A stretch of 64,000 bases of DNA, taken from NCBI GenBank assembly GCA_965262115.1, contig OZ253496.1:1344001-1408000 (forward strand), read 5' to 3'. Both the position numbers and the translations under genes were made by a program. The stretch's first letter is position 1; every line of letters begins with the position of its first letter. The notes beneath the pieces are model-generated. The model had not been told where the DNA came from and made no database searches. It saw only the letters and a program-made list of their open reading frames with translations. Below, one piece after another: positions 36,084 through 46,072 of the stretch. This stretch comes from Nitrospinales bacterium (lineage in GTDB: Bacteria; Nitrospinota; Nitrospinia; Nitrospinales; VA-1).

Positions 36084-36542
36084 TTAAAAGTATGTAGAAT
36101 CCTTATACTGTTGATAGGCAGAACCCAATTGTTCCAACAGAACTTTCTCTTCGGCCCGGGCGCGGACGATGTTCAATGGGATCACCACCACAAACACATA
36201 AACCAGACAAGGGATAGAACCGCAGGCCACAAACAATCCGCTCAACGTTAAAACGATTCCTATATAAATCGGGTGACGAAAAACCCGGTAAATCCCTTGG
36301 GTGACCAAATGGTCTGTTCCCGGCAGAACGGCGAGCGAAGAACCCAGCGACCACATTGCAACCATCCATAGCAGAACACCCACCGCCCCGATGGACAGTC
36401 CCGCATAAACCAGACCGGGCACACCGAAACCAAAATTTTTCGGCCCCACGTAAGCCAGCACCAAAGGAACCAGGTAAAACATCGGAACCAGAATGTTCAA
36501 CATAAACTTCTGGTTTGAGCTGAGGGATTTAAAATCAATCAT
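36084..36542 (-). CDS. Isoprenylcysteine carboxyl methyltransferase / PEMT family membrane protein
   Basis: LVTQGIYRVFRHPIYIG and RAEEKVL...G..YQQY motifs, with TM helices. Confidence 0.85.
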   Translation of the reverse strand: MIDFKSLSSNQKFMLNILVPMFYLVPLVLAYVGPKNFGFGVPGLVYAGLSIGAVGVLLWMVAMWSLGSSLAVLPGTDHLVTQGIYRVFRHPIYIGIVLTLSGLFVACGSIPCLVYVFVVVIPLNIVRARAEEKVLLEQLGSAYQQYKDSTYF

Positions 36543-36639
36543 TGTAAATTACCAGTGTGCCAGCGGAGCACCTCCGCTGGGAAATGGCATGTCTTGATCT
36601 CGTGCCCAATCGGTTTCTCGGCTCAATACTATTGCCTAT

Positions 36640-36927
36640 GAGACCTTTACATAACCCCGGATTACCCCTTCGGGGCATGAAGGTTAAGGAAGAGGACATC
36701 ACATACCCCTTCTACCCGTTCCGGGCATGAATTTAGCGGAGGGGATATCACAGGCTCACGAAGGTTAAGGAAAAATATCACGTCTTCGTCACGTTATTCC
36801 TCAGAATGACAAACCGGCTTTGCGCTGTCATTCTGAACGCAGTGAAGACGTGATATTCCACTTAAGCTCTCGTGCCCCGAAGGGGTAATCTCGCTTTTTT
36901 GTTTTTTTCGACTTACGCAAAGGTCTC
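36640..36927. mobile_element. MITE with 9-bp TSD carrying four ~40-bp inserted elements
   Basis: Ends GAGACCTTTACATAA / TTACGCAAAGGTCTC. ATTGCCTAT flanks both sides (36631-36639 and 36928-36936). Inserts at 36663-36782 and 36849-36887. Confidence 0.9.
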
Positions 36928-36988
36928 ATTGCCTATTTCCTCTGGCGGCTCGCCGGTTGGCCACATGTTATATACCCCACCTTAGCTT

Positions 36989-38074
36989 TCATGCCCCGGA
37001 GGGGTACGCCGAGTGGCCGAGCAGTTGTTTGTTGAAGGCTTCACGTCCTTCCAGAATTTCAAGTTCGATCACCACTTTAAAAAAAGGCAAGATGAATTTC
37101 ATCTCTTTGAGTTTCACCGCATCTTTTTCTGGAAGCAGAAGGAACCGGGCGCCCTCTTTTACTGCGCGGGACTCCAGTTCTTTAATATCCTGCAAGGTAT
37201 AAGGATGATGATCGGGAAAGGACTTGAAAAATTTTAGTTGAATCTGCGAGTCCAGCAAAATCTGCCTGAATCCTTTCGGTTTTGCAATCCCACAAAATGC
37301 GGCGACCGGTTCATTCTTTAATATTTCCATCTCCAACACTTCCTCATCATCCATGCGAATTATGGAATCCAGACGAAGGTGCGTTTTGATCTGGGGAACG
37401 GAACCTAAAAGGCGTGAATCAAAATTGATGGAACCGCCGGAATAATGGGTGAAGCAAACCATATCTGCCCTTCTTGTTTCTCTTGCCGGTTCACGCAACT
37501 CCCCCGCCGGAAAAAGGTGACCGTTACCGAGCGGCCTGCAATGATCAAAAAGCAGGATGTCCAGATCGCGGTTTAAAGCCAGGTGCTGAAACCCATCATC
37601 CAGAACCAGAGTATCAACACCAAAATGATCGAGCGCGTACTGCCCTGTCTGATAACGGTCTGGCCCGGTTAAAACCGGAATGTTTTTGAGTTTTTCCGCC
37701 ATCATGACCGCTTCATCTCCGACCCACTCAGGAGAAAGCAGCGTTTGTTTTCCATCGCAGACCACATTGACCGGGTCACCGGATTTTCCGCCATAACCCC
37801 GGGTGAGAATAGCGGGCTTGAGTCCGTTTCCCCTGAGGGTTTCGGCAATCATCATGACAAAGGGCGTTTTTCCTGTTCCGCCCAGCGTCAGGTTGCCAAC
37901 GCTGATCACCCGGCAGTCGAGTTTGCGGCTGGGAAATACCCCCCATCGGTAGGCCCAGAGACGAAAATGGTGGCCCAGTAAATAAACAAAGGAAATGAGT
38001 TTCAGGATTGCAAAAACCGGAAACCAATACCATTTGCGATCGGGCGATATGACTTTATAGAAAATTTCAGACAT
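36989..38074 (-). CDS. lpxK: Tetraacyldisaccharide 4'-kinase
   Basis: VISVGNLTLGGTGKTP, LTRGYG, GDE, LDDGFQH...RD, PAG.LRE, FPDHH. Confidence 0.96.
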   Translation of the reverse strand: MSEIFYKVISPDRKWYWFPVFAILKLISFVYLLGHHFRLWAYRWGVFPSRKLDCRVISVGNLTLGGTGKTPFVMMIAETLRGNGLKPAILTRGYGGKSGDPVNVVCDGKQTLLSPEWVGDEAVMMAEKLKNIPVLTGPDRYQTGQYALDHFGVDTLVLDDGFQHLALNRDLDILLFDHCRPLGNGHLFPAGELREPARETRRADMVCFTHYSGGSINFDSRLLGSVPQIKTHLRLDSIIRMDDEEVLEMEILKNEPVAAFCGIAKPKGFRQILLDSQIQLKFFKSFPDHHPYTLQDIKELESRAVKEGARFLLLPEKDAVKLKEMKFILPFFKVVIELEILEGREAFNKQLLGHSAYPSGA

Positions 38075-38121
38075 GATTTTTCAGCCGAATCCACAATGAA
38101 TTAGGAGTATACTCCCAGCTT

Positions 38122-39369
38122 ATGGATTTTTTGTATTATATTCTGACAGGAGGGCTACTGCTTTTGGCTTCTCCTTTTCTTATTTTAAGGGCACTTGTCT
38201 CTTCTTCTTTCCGCGATCAGATCAGGGGGAAAATGGCGGGAGCCCGATCCCTGCCAGAATTAAAAGATACATTATGGATTCACGCCTCATCGGTGGGAGA
38301 AGTCCGCCTGGCTAAAATCCTCATTGCGGGCCTTATAAAGGAAGGGGAATCCCGACCGATCGCCCTTTCCACTTTTACTCCCACCGGTTATGCGCTGGCC
38401 CTGGAGGAAAAACTTCCCAACGTGTTCAAATTGCCGCTGGATTTTCCCATCTGGCTGAATCCGGTTTTTGAGCGTTTACAACCTTCCAAACTAGTCCTGA
38501 TCGAAGCAGAGTTGTGGCCTGCTTTGCTTCGCCAGTGTAAACGCCGAGGTATTCCCGTCATTCAGGTGAACGGAAGGGTCTCGGAAAAATCGGTTCAGTG
38601 CTATGGAAAACTTCCGGCCTTCCTTTTATGGATGACGGATGCGATCGAACAATTTTCAATGCGGTCCCAGACTGATGCAGACCGGTTTTTACAATTGGGC
38701 GTGGCGCAAGAAAAAGTCCGGGTGACGGGAAATATAAAATTCGATGTGACCTCCATCGAAACCGGGGACAAATACCATACTGAATGGAAGTCAGATTCCC
38801 GGGTTCTGGTTTTTGGTTCCACTCGGCCGGGGGAAGAAGGCCCTATCATGGAAGCATTGGTTGAATTACAAAAAGAGTTTCCCGCCCTGATCGGGGTGAT
38901 TGCCCCCAGACATATGGAAAGATGCCGGGAAGTTGAAGACTTGGTTCGAGAATTCAAAGTGGACTATGCCCTGCTCTCCAAACAGGATGATCTGATAAAC
39001 TTTACAGGCGCTGTTTTACTGGTGGACAGCCTGGGAAAACTCAACGCCTTTTACAAAAGCGCAATCGTGACCTATGTCGGGGGCGGATTCAATCCCCGGT
39101 TTGGCGGCCACAACATTCTCGAACCCGCGGCATTGGGAAAGCCGGTGCTGTTCGGCAAGTTCATGAATAATTTTGAAGAAGAAGCGAAACTTCTCACTCA
39201 GTCCAGGGGTGGCCTGCAACTGCAAAACATAGAAGAACTCTACGATGTTTTAAAACGTTTGCTGACGAATGCGGACGAACGCCAGACGCTGGGACAGTCT
39301 GCGGAAAAAACCGTCAAAGCCAACAGCGGCGCCTTAAGAAGGAACATTGAACTCATCCAATCAACATAA
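38122..39369 (+). CDS. waaA: Kdo transferase, paralogue 1
   Basis: WIHASSVGE, IEAELWP, NGRVS, GNIKFD, GST...EE, APRH.ER, GGHNILEPA. Confidence 0.92.
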   Translation: MDFLYYILTGGLLLLASPFLILRALVSSSFRDQIRGKMAGARSLPELKDTLWIHASSVGEVRLAKILIAGLIKEGESRPIALSTFTPTGYALALEEKLPNVFKLPLDFPIWLNPVFERLQPSKLVLIEAELWPALLRQCKRRGIPVIQVNGRVSEKSVQCYGKLPAFLLWMTDAIEQFSMRSQTDADRFLQLGVAQEKVRVTGNIKFDVTSIETGDKYHTEWKSDSRVLVFGSTRPGEEGPIMEALVELQKEFPALIGVIAPRHMERCREVEDLVREFKVDYALLSKQDDLINFTGAVLLVDSLGKLNAFYKSAIVTYVGGGFNPRFGGHNILEPAALGKPVLFGKFMNNFEEEAKLLTQSRGGLQLQNIEELYDVLKRLLTNADERQTLGQSAEKTVKANSGALRRNIELIQST

Positions 39370-39401
39370 GCCTAGGATTTCTTGACGGGACACCCGTTTT
39401 G

Positions 39402-40655
39402 ATGATTACTCTTTATCACTTTCTATCCCTTTTTGTTGCCGTCCTTCTCATACCGTTATTCACACTCACGACCCTGTTCTCCAAACACAAGTGGAAAGGA
39501 CTGGTCCATCATTTCGGATGGGTTCCGAAAACGCCGGGCAAAAAAATCCTCTGGCTGCATGCTCTATCGATGGGAGAAGTCGTAGCCGCGGCACCAGTTC
39601 TTCAACGGGTCCGTGAGAAGAACCCGGAACTGGTTATCGCGCTTTCTGTCACCACCGACTCGGGCTATGCGACAGCCCTCAATTCGGGGTTCGCCGACAG
39701 CGTGTTTTTTCATCCGCTGGATTGCCTGCCATTCACCCAACTGGCTTTGAGCCGGATCCATCCGGACATTTATGTCGTCATGGATACCGGATTCTGGCCC
39801 GGTTTGATCGATCTGTTACATAGAAAAAATATCCCGGCTCTTCTATGCAACGGCCGCCTCTCGGAACGCTCTGCCCGGCGGTATCTCAGCACCGGCTCCC
39901 TTTTCAAAGACACTTTCCAAAAGTTTCACCGACTCGGCATGCAAAACACCAATGGAGAAAAAGCCGCTCTGGCGCTGGGTGTGAACCGAGAGCTTGTCGA
40001 GGTGATGGGTGACCCGAAATACGACGCACTGCGACCCATGACCGACGAGGAGAAAGAACGGTTACGCCAGAGTTTCAAGCTGAAGGCAGACACACCAGTA
40101 TGGATAGCAGGCAGCACCCATGCCGGCGAAGAAGAAATTATTCTGGACGCGCACCGGCAATTGATGGCGAATCACCCCAACCTGGTTTTGATTCTTGCAC
40201 CACGAAGAATGGAGCGAGTGGAAGAGGTGGTCAGCCTGCTTAAAAAGGAAAACATTGCTTTCACCCTGCGATCATCGCCGCAACCTGCAAAAACTGTCGT
40301 CGTCCTTGACACGATGGGTGAGTTGGCTAAGGTTTATTCACTGGGGCAAATCGCATTTGTAGGCAGAAGCCTGATCCAGCCGGGTGGAGGCCACAGCCTG
40401 ATTGAGCCTCTATTTTATGGACTGCCAGTCATGCACGGGCCTTTTATCGAGAATATCGGCCATGTCGCCGACAAAGCCCAGGAACTGGCTTTACCGGTAC
40501 AAAATTCTGGAGACATAAAAGAAAGAGTGCAAACCCTGCTGGAAAATGAAAGCCTGCGCCAGGAACTGGCTAAAAAAGCCCGTTCCTTCATCACGGAGCA
40601 ACAAGGCGCCTCTGAAAAAATGGCCCAAACTATCACAAAAGTCCTGGCGATTTAA
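39402..40655 (+). CDS. waaA: Kdo transferase-like glycosyltransferase, paralogue 2
   Basis: WLHALSMGE, NGRLS, AGSTHAGEE, LAPRRMER, DTMGEL, GGHSLIEP. Confidence 0.85.
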   Translation: MITLYHFLSLFVAVLLIPLFTLTTLFSKHKWKGLVHHFGWVPKTPGKKILWLHALSMGEVVAAAPVLQRVREKNPELVIALSVTTDSGYATALNSGFADSVFFHPLDCLPFTQLALSRIHPDIYVVMDTGFWPGLIDLLHRKNIPALLCNGRLSERSARRYLSTGSLFKDTFQKFHRLGMQNTNGEKAALALGVNRELVEVMGDPKYDALRPMTDEEKERLRQSFKLKADTPVWIAGSTHAGEEEIILDAHRQLMANHPNLVLILAPRRMERVEEVVSLLKKENIAFTLRSSPQPAKTVVVLDTMGELAKVYSLGQIAFVGRSLIQPGGGHSLIEPLFYGLPVMHGPFIENIGHVADKAQELALPVQNSGDIKERVQTLLENESLRQELAKKARSFITEQQGASEKMAQTITKVLAI

Positions 40656-40836
40656 TGTTTTACATAAAAAAAACCATTCCCCCTCCGTAAAAAACTCTTT
40701 ACACTATATTCTTCACCAAAGAGCCATAAGCCCTACACCTTTAACGTGAAACTGATACGACAAGGCACAAAAGAAGGTTCGCCTTATCAGGACTAATTTC
40801 TACGAATTTTAATATTCAAATGGGAAATCCTGGTTT

Positions 40837-40962
40837 ATGAAAGTAGGCACACGCATCATTTTAAGCTTTGCAATATTAGGCGCTTTCATATTTGTCGCAA
40901 GCTATCTGGGTGTCCGGACCATTGAAACCGGGTTTCACCGATTATGTCCCAAACCCTATTAA
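40837..40962 (+). pseudogene. Possible N-terminal stub of a chemoreceptor or sensor membrane protein
   Basis: MKVGTRIILSFAILGAFIFVASYLGVRTIETGF resembles a basic start plus TM1 of MCP/sensor proteins; it stops after 41 aa. Confidence 0.35.
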
Positions 40963-41012
40963 GGTCGCACCTTTTTTAGACACGGTGAACAAGTATCTAA
41001 CTTGAAACCGGA

Positions 41013-42434
41013 CTATTTGGCGGTCATTCTGCTGACGAAATAAATGGACAGTGTGGCAATAATAAAAGCTGGAACCAGTTCATAAATTAAGCTGTCGGAA
41101 AGGCCGGTGGCTTTCCAGATAAGAGTCGTCAAAAATCCGCTCAGCATTCCTGCCATAGCTCCCTGCCGGGTTATATTTTTCGAGTACAAGGTAAATAAAA
41201 TGAGCGAACCGAAACTCGCTCCCAATCCCGACCAGGCAAACAGGACGAACCAGAAGATGACTCGGGTCTCGCCCAGCGCAATAAACATGGCCCCCAGCCC
41301 CAGCACCAGAACCGTTACCCGGCTGACCAAAAGAATACTTTCATGCGAAAGGGTTTTCTTAAGCATTTTGGAATAAACATCATGCGCCACCGCCGAGGCC
41401 GCAACCAGAATCTGTGCCGACACCGTGGACATAATGGCGGCCAGAACTCCCGTCAGAACCACCGCCGTCAACAGAGTTGGCAATAATTGTTCTGCCGCTT
41501 TGGGGAACAGGTGTTCGGGGTCCTCCAGCCCTGGAAACAAAGCCTGTCCGCAGATGCCCAACAAAATGGATGAGGAATAAACCATCAAGCCCCAGCCTAA
41601 AGCGATCCAGGTGCCTTTTTTGATGGCCTCATTATTTTTCGCCGCCATGTATCGGGTGATAACATGCGGTTGGCCGGGGTAGCCGAGTCCTATTCCTAAC
41701 AGGCCCACCGCAGAACCAAAAAAAGCCGCAGTGGATTTCCCGCCCATCCACTCTAATGTTTCGGGAGACGCTTTCCCCACTTCCACCAGCATTCCGGAAA
41801 AACCTCCCAGACTGGCCAACGCCGCCAAAGAAAGTAGGACCAGTCCTATTACCATAATGATTCCTTGGGCAAAATCGGTCCAAGCCACGGCACGCACTCC
41901 GCCCATCATGGTATAGATGAGCACAATCGCTCCACCCACAGAAATACTAACGATATGGGGAATTCCAAAAATAGCGTCGAAGGTTTTTCCGATAGCGGTG
42001 AACTGCGCCGCCACATAAGCCATCATGCAGGAAAAAATGATCACAACCGAAATCATGCGCAAGACATGAGTCTTGTCGTCAAAATAGTTTTCAAAATAAT
42101 CGGGAAGGGTGATGGCGTGATTCTCTTCAGAATGTTTACGCAGTTTCTCGGCCAGGAACAACCAATTGATGAGATAACCCAACAGACAACCGGGCAGGAA
42201 CCAGATTGCCGACAAACCATCCTTATAAGCCAGGCCCACAGTCCCCAGCACGGCCCAGGCACTTTCGGAACTGGCAGTGGAAGAAATCGCCGTCACCCAG
42301 GCCTTCAGCGACCGGTCGGCGAGAAAAAAATCCAGCGGCGAACGGGTCATCCTGGCCGTCCACACACCAATGCCCAGCATGGCCAGCACATACAAAGTGA
42401 AAACAATAGCAATGGTTCCGGATAGTTCAGTCAT
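41013..42434 (-). CDS. putP: Sodium:solute symporter (PutP-like)
   Basis: DFFLADRSL, SSESAW, GG.RAVAWTD..QG, GLGYPGQPHVITRYMA, LAAIMST, FAWSGLGASFG. Confidence 0.85.
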   Translation of the reverse strand: MTELSGTIAIVFTLYVLAMLGIGVWTARMTRSPLDFFLADRSLKAWVTAISSTASSESAWAVLGTVGLAYKDGLSAIWFLPGCLLGYLINWLFLAEKLRKHSEENHAITLPDYFENYFDDKTHVLRMISVVIIFSCMMAYVAAQFTAIGKTFDAIFGIPHIVSISVGGAIVLIYTMMGGVRAVAWTDFAQGIIMVIGLVLLSLAALASLGGFSGMLVEVGKASPETLEWMGGKSTAAFFGSAVGLLGIGLGYPGQPHVITRYMAAKNNEAIKKGTWIALGWGLMVYSSSILLGICGQALFPGLEDPEHLFPKAAEQLLPTLLTAVVLTGVLAAIMSTVSAQILVAASAVAHDVYSKMLKKTLSHESILLVSRVTVLVLGLGAMFIALGETRVIFWFVLFAWSGLGASFGSLILFTLYSKNITRQGAMAGMLSGFLTTLIWKATGLSDSLIYELVPAFIIATLSIYFVSRMTAK

Positions 42435-42435
42435 A

Positions 42436-42970
42436 CCACTCGGCGCTCCTTAGCAGGGGTCGTAAATCATCCCGGCCCCTCGTGATATTGTTCCAAAGCC
42501 CTCGTGCCCGGCACGGGTACTTTGGAAAAGAGGGACCTTTGCATAACCTGAGATTCTCATTGATCCTCCCCTCTCATGAGGGGAGGCAAGGCGTAGCCGC
42601 GGAGGGGTGTGGATTATTTTTAAGGAATTCATAATCCAACCCTCCCCCAGCCCCTCCCTATGAAGGGAGGGGGGATTTCTGCTTCCACCTTTTTCAGGGA
42701 GGGCCAAGGTGATTTACCACCAGGAGGTTTCAGGTTGTCCCCCTTTTTCTCAAAGAGAGAGCTTTGCATAACCCGAGATTCTTCACTACGTTCAGAATGA
42801 CAAAACAGCTCTTTATTGTCATGCTGAACGAGATCGCATTGTCATTCTGAACGTAGTGAAGAATCTCGCTTTTCAGGTTTTTCGACTTATGCAAAGGTCT
42901 CCTTCCACGAAGTACCCCCTTGGGGAATGAAGGCTGATGTTAAATACCACAGGGGTTGGGGGGATTCGAT
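42436..42970. repeat. Composite repeat cluster (MITE ends, REP-like inverted repeats, ~40-bp elements, C/G-run hairpins)
   Basis: MITE-like ends at 42532 and 42757-42901; perfect inverted repeat 42775-42801 / 42841-42867; ~40-bp units at 42481-42519 and 42913-42951. Confidence 0.8.
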
Positions 42971-43041
42971 CTTCCTGCTTGGAAGCAGAGTGGAGGAATA
43001 TGTTAGAATTCTTTTTTTCATTACTGATTAAATCTTTCTTT

Positions 43042-45549
43042 ATGGATAATGCTCATTCTATGACCCCCTACGAACCCAATTCCATCGAAGCCAAATGGCA
43101 GGCTTACTGGGAAGAACATAAATCGTTTAAAGTCGAACTGGATTCTTCCAAAAAGAAATATTATCTGCTGGAAATGTTTCCCTATCCTTCCGGGAGAATC
43201 CACATGGGCCATGTGCGCAACTACACCATCGGCGATGCGCTGGCCCGATTCAAACGCATGCAAGGCTTTAACGTCATTCACCCTTTGGGCTGGGACGCGT
43301 TTGGAATGCCAGCCGAGAACGCCGCCATTAAAAACAAGACCCACCCTGCCAAATGGACGTTTGAAAATATCCGCACCATGCGAAAACAGATTAAAGCACT
43401 GGGACTCAGCTACGACTGGGACCGCGAAATTGCCACCTGCCATCCCGGTTATTATAAATGGAACCAATGGTTTTTTCTAAAGTTCCTCGAAAAAGGCCTC
43501 GCCTACCGAAAAAACTCCACCATCAATTGGTGCGAAGACTGCCAAACAGTGCTCGCCAACGAACAGGTTGTGGACGGCTGTTGCTGGCGGTGCGATAACG
43601 AAGTCCTGCAGAAACAGCAGGAAGGCTGGTTTTTCAAAATCACCGACTATGCGGATCGGCTTCTGGAAGGTTGTAAAACCCTTGCAGGAAAATGGCCGGA
43701 ACAAGTTCTGACCATGCAGACCAACTGGATCGGCAAAAGTTTTGGCGCAGAAGTGGACTTTAAAATCCAGGAAAGCGATGAGGTCATAAAAGTATTCACC
43801 ACCCGCCCCGACACTTTATATGGAGCAATGTTCATGCTACTGGCTCCCGAACACCCACTCACCCACAAACTATCGCGCGGAACCGAACAGGAAAAAACCA
43901 TTGATGCTTTTGTGCAAAAGGTAAAAACACAAGACACCATCGCCCGAACCAGCGAAGGCGGCGAAAAAGAAGGCGTGTTCACCGGCGCTTACGCCGTGAA
44001 TCCCCTGACGGGAGAATCCATTCCTGTGTGGACAGCCAACTTTGTGCTCATGGATTATGGTACCGGCGCGATCATGTCTGTTCCCGCTCACGACCAGCGG
44101 GATCTGGATTTTGCCCGCAAATACGATCTGCCCGTTCGCACGGTCATTCAACATGAAACCGGCCCGGTAGATGCAGCCACCCAAGCGTTCACCGCCGATG
44201 GCGCTATGGTGAATTCCGGTTCTTTCGATGGCCTGGTCGGTCAGGAAGCGCGCAGGGCCGTTTGCCAGCATCTGGAAAAAGAAAGCATCGGAAAAGCCAC
44301 GATCCATTACCGGCTTCGCGATTGGGGAGTTTCCCGGCAACGTTATTGGGGAACACCCGTTCCAGCTATCCATTGCTCAGATTGCGGAATCGTGCCCGTC
44401 CCCGAAGACCAACTGCCGGTCGAGCTGCCCCTCGACGCACAATTGGGAGAAAAAGGCCAGTCTCCTTTGCACACTCTGGAATCCTTTTATAAAGTTTCCT
44501 GCCCAAAATGCGGAGCCGATGCCCGCCGCGATACCGACACACTGGATACCTTTCTTTGCTCTTCCTGGTATTTTGACCGTTTCACGTCACCTCGATCGAC
44601 GCAAGCACCTTTCAGCAAAGAGAACAATAACTACTGGATGCCGGTCGACCAATATGTCGGCGGCATCGAGCATGCCATTTTGCATCTGCTTTATTCCCGA
44701 TTTTTCAACCTGGTGTTGAACGATCTTGAGTTGACCGAGGTCTCGGAACCTTTTGCCCACCTGCTGACACAAGGCATGGTCATTAAGGATGGCGCCAAGA
44801 TGTCCAAATCCAAAGGCAATGTCGTGGACCCGGACAAAATCATCAATAGCTATGGCGCCGACACGGCCCGAGTTTTCATCCTGTTCGCTGCTCCACCCGT
44901 GAAAGATTTGGAATGGAGCGACCAGGGCGTGGAAGGATGCTCGCGGTTTTTAAAAAGAGTGTGGCGCATTTTCGGCGAATTCATCGGAGACGTTAAATCG
45001 GTCACATTGCCGGGAGAATCTTTCACCACCGCCGTTCCCGAAATCAAAGCCCTGCGGCGAATGACCCATATCACCATAAGACGGGTGACGGATGATATTG
45101 AAACAAGGATGCAGTTCAATACCGCCATTGCCGCGATTATGGAATTGGTCAACCATCTCTTCAGCTTCAGGGAATGGTGGGAAAACAACCGGGATGAAAC
45201 AACGAAGTTGGCCGTGCGGGAAGCTCTGGAAACATTGGTCCTGACATTGTCACCTTTCGCTCCACACATTGCCGAGGAAATGGCATCTATGATGGAGCCT
45301 GCTAAAGTTCTAGATCAGTGGGCTTGGCCCCAATACAAAGAGACTCTGACGCAAACCGATGAAATGTTGATCGTCCTGCAAGTCAATGGTAAGGTGAGGC
45401 AGAAAATTTCTGTCGCATCCGGCATCGGCGAAGACGAGTTAAAAACCCGGTCTCTGAAAGATCCCAAAATTCTGGAATGGACCCAGGGTAAAGAAATCAA
45501 AAAAGTTGTCGTCATTCCCAAAAAGCTTGTGAACATCGTTATCCAATGA
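43042..45549 (+). CDS. leuS: Leucine--tRNA ligase
   Basis: MFPYPSG.IHMGH, FTTRPDT, YGTGAIMSVPAHDQRD, KMSKS; start 43042 or 43060. Confidence 0.99.
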   Translation: MDNAHSMTPYEPNSIEAKWQAYWEEHKSFKVELDSSKKKYYLLEMFPYPSGRIHMGHVRNYTIGDALARFKRMQGFNVIHPLGWDAFGMPAENAAIKNKTHPAKWTFENIRTMRKQIKALGLSYDWDREIATCHPGYYKWNQWFFLKFLEKGLAYRKNSTINWCEDCQTVLANEQVVDGCCWRCDNEVLQKQQEGWFFKITDYADRLLEGCKTLAGKWPEQVLTMQTNWIGKSFGAEVDFKIQESDEVIKVFTTRPDTLYGAMFMLLAPEHPLTHKLSRGTEQEKTIDAFVQKVKTQDTIARTSEGGEKEGVFTGAYAVNPLTGESIPVWTANFVLMDYGTGAIMSVPAHDQRDLDFARKYDLPVRTVIQHETGPVDAATQAFTADGAMVNSGSFDGLVGQEARRAVCQHLEKESIGKATIHYRLRDWGVSRQRYWGTPVPAIHCSDCGIVPVPEDQLPVELPLDAQLGEKGQSPLHTLESFYKVSCPKCGADARRDTDTLDTFLCSSWYFDRFTSPRSTQAPFSKENNNYWMPVDQYVGGIEHAILHLLYSRFFNLVLNDLELTEVSEPFAHLLTQGMVIKDGAKMSKSKGNVVDPDKIINSYGADTARVFILFAAPPVKDLEWSDQGVEGCSRFLKRVWRIFGEFIGDVKSVTLPGESFTTAVPEIKALRRMTHITIRRVTDDIETRMQFNTAIAAIMELVNHLFSFREWWENNRDETTKLAVREALETLVLTLSPFAPHIAEEMASMMEPAKVLDQWAWPQYKETLTQTDEMLIVLQVNGKVRQKISVASGIGEDELKTRSLKDPKILEWTQGKEIKKVVVIPKKLVNIVIQ

Positions 45550-46058
45550 GACGAATACCGTTTAAATTCTGGATATTGCTCGCCCTGCTCCTTAGCGGGT
45601 GCGGGTATCATCTGGTAGGAGCCGGTTCCTCCCTGCCACCGCATTTAAAAACCCTCTCCATCCCCGTGTTCACCAATAGCTCCACGGAACCAGAAATTCA
45701 CCGGGAATTGACAAGTGCCATTATTGATTCCTACATCATGGATGGAAGGCTTAAAGTTGTCCGCAAAGGTCAGGCCGATATGGTGATGAAGGGAAACCTT
45801 TTTTATTACGAATTGGAGGCGGTCTCATTCAGTTCCGATGATTTTGCTTCAGATTACATCGTAAAACTGGGTGTGGATATTGAAGTGATTGACAAGGTTA
45901 ATAACAAACCCTACCTGAAACGAAAATTCAAAACCAAATGGGACTACGAGGCCTCCTCTGATATTGTCGATACAGAATCTGCCCGGTTCGCCGCCTTGGA
46001 AGAGGCTTATAACGAACTGGGCAACCGACTGGTGAGCCTGCTCATTGACCAGTTTTAA
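45546..46058 (+). CDS. lptE: LPS assembly lipoprotein LptE-like
   Basis: Lipobox LSGCGYHL; leuS-lptE-holA gene order. Confidence 0.85.
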   Translation: MRRIPFKFWILLALLLSGCGYHLVGAGSSLPPHLKTLSIPVFTNSSTEPEIHRELTSAIIDSYIMDGRLKVVRKGQADMVMKGNLFYYELEAVSFSSDDFASDYIVKLGVDIEVIDKVNNKPYLKRKFKTKWDYEASSDIVDTESARFAALEEAYNELGNRLVSLLIDQF

Positions 46059-46072
46059 TCCGTTGTCCCATC

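Noticed and set aside
36663..36782. Tandem ~40-bp units as a CRISPR array
   Set aside because: There is no constant repeat alternating with unique spacers, the units are nested and dispersed, and no cas genes are in the window.
42481..42530. Element core (TTCCAAAG) complementary to its flank (CTTTGGAA), suggesting guide-directed targeting
   Set aside because: Seen clearly in only one copy; the other copies show no comparable core-flank complementarity.
42450..42707. ORFs sharing ASPHERGGSMRISGYAK (also 47622-47846), and ORF 34548-34904
   Set aside because: These are translations of MITE and repeat DNA rather than genes.
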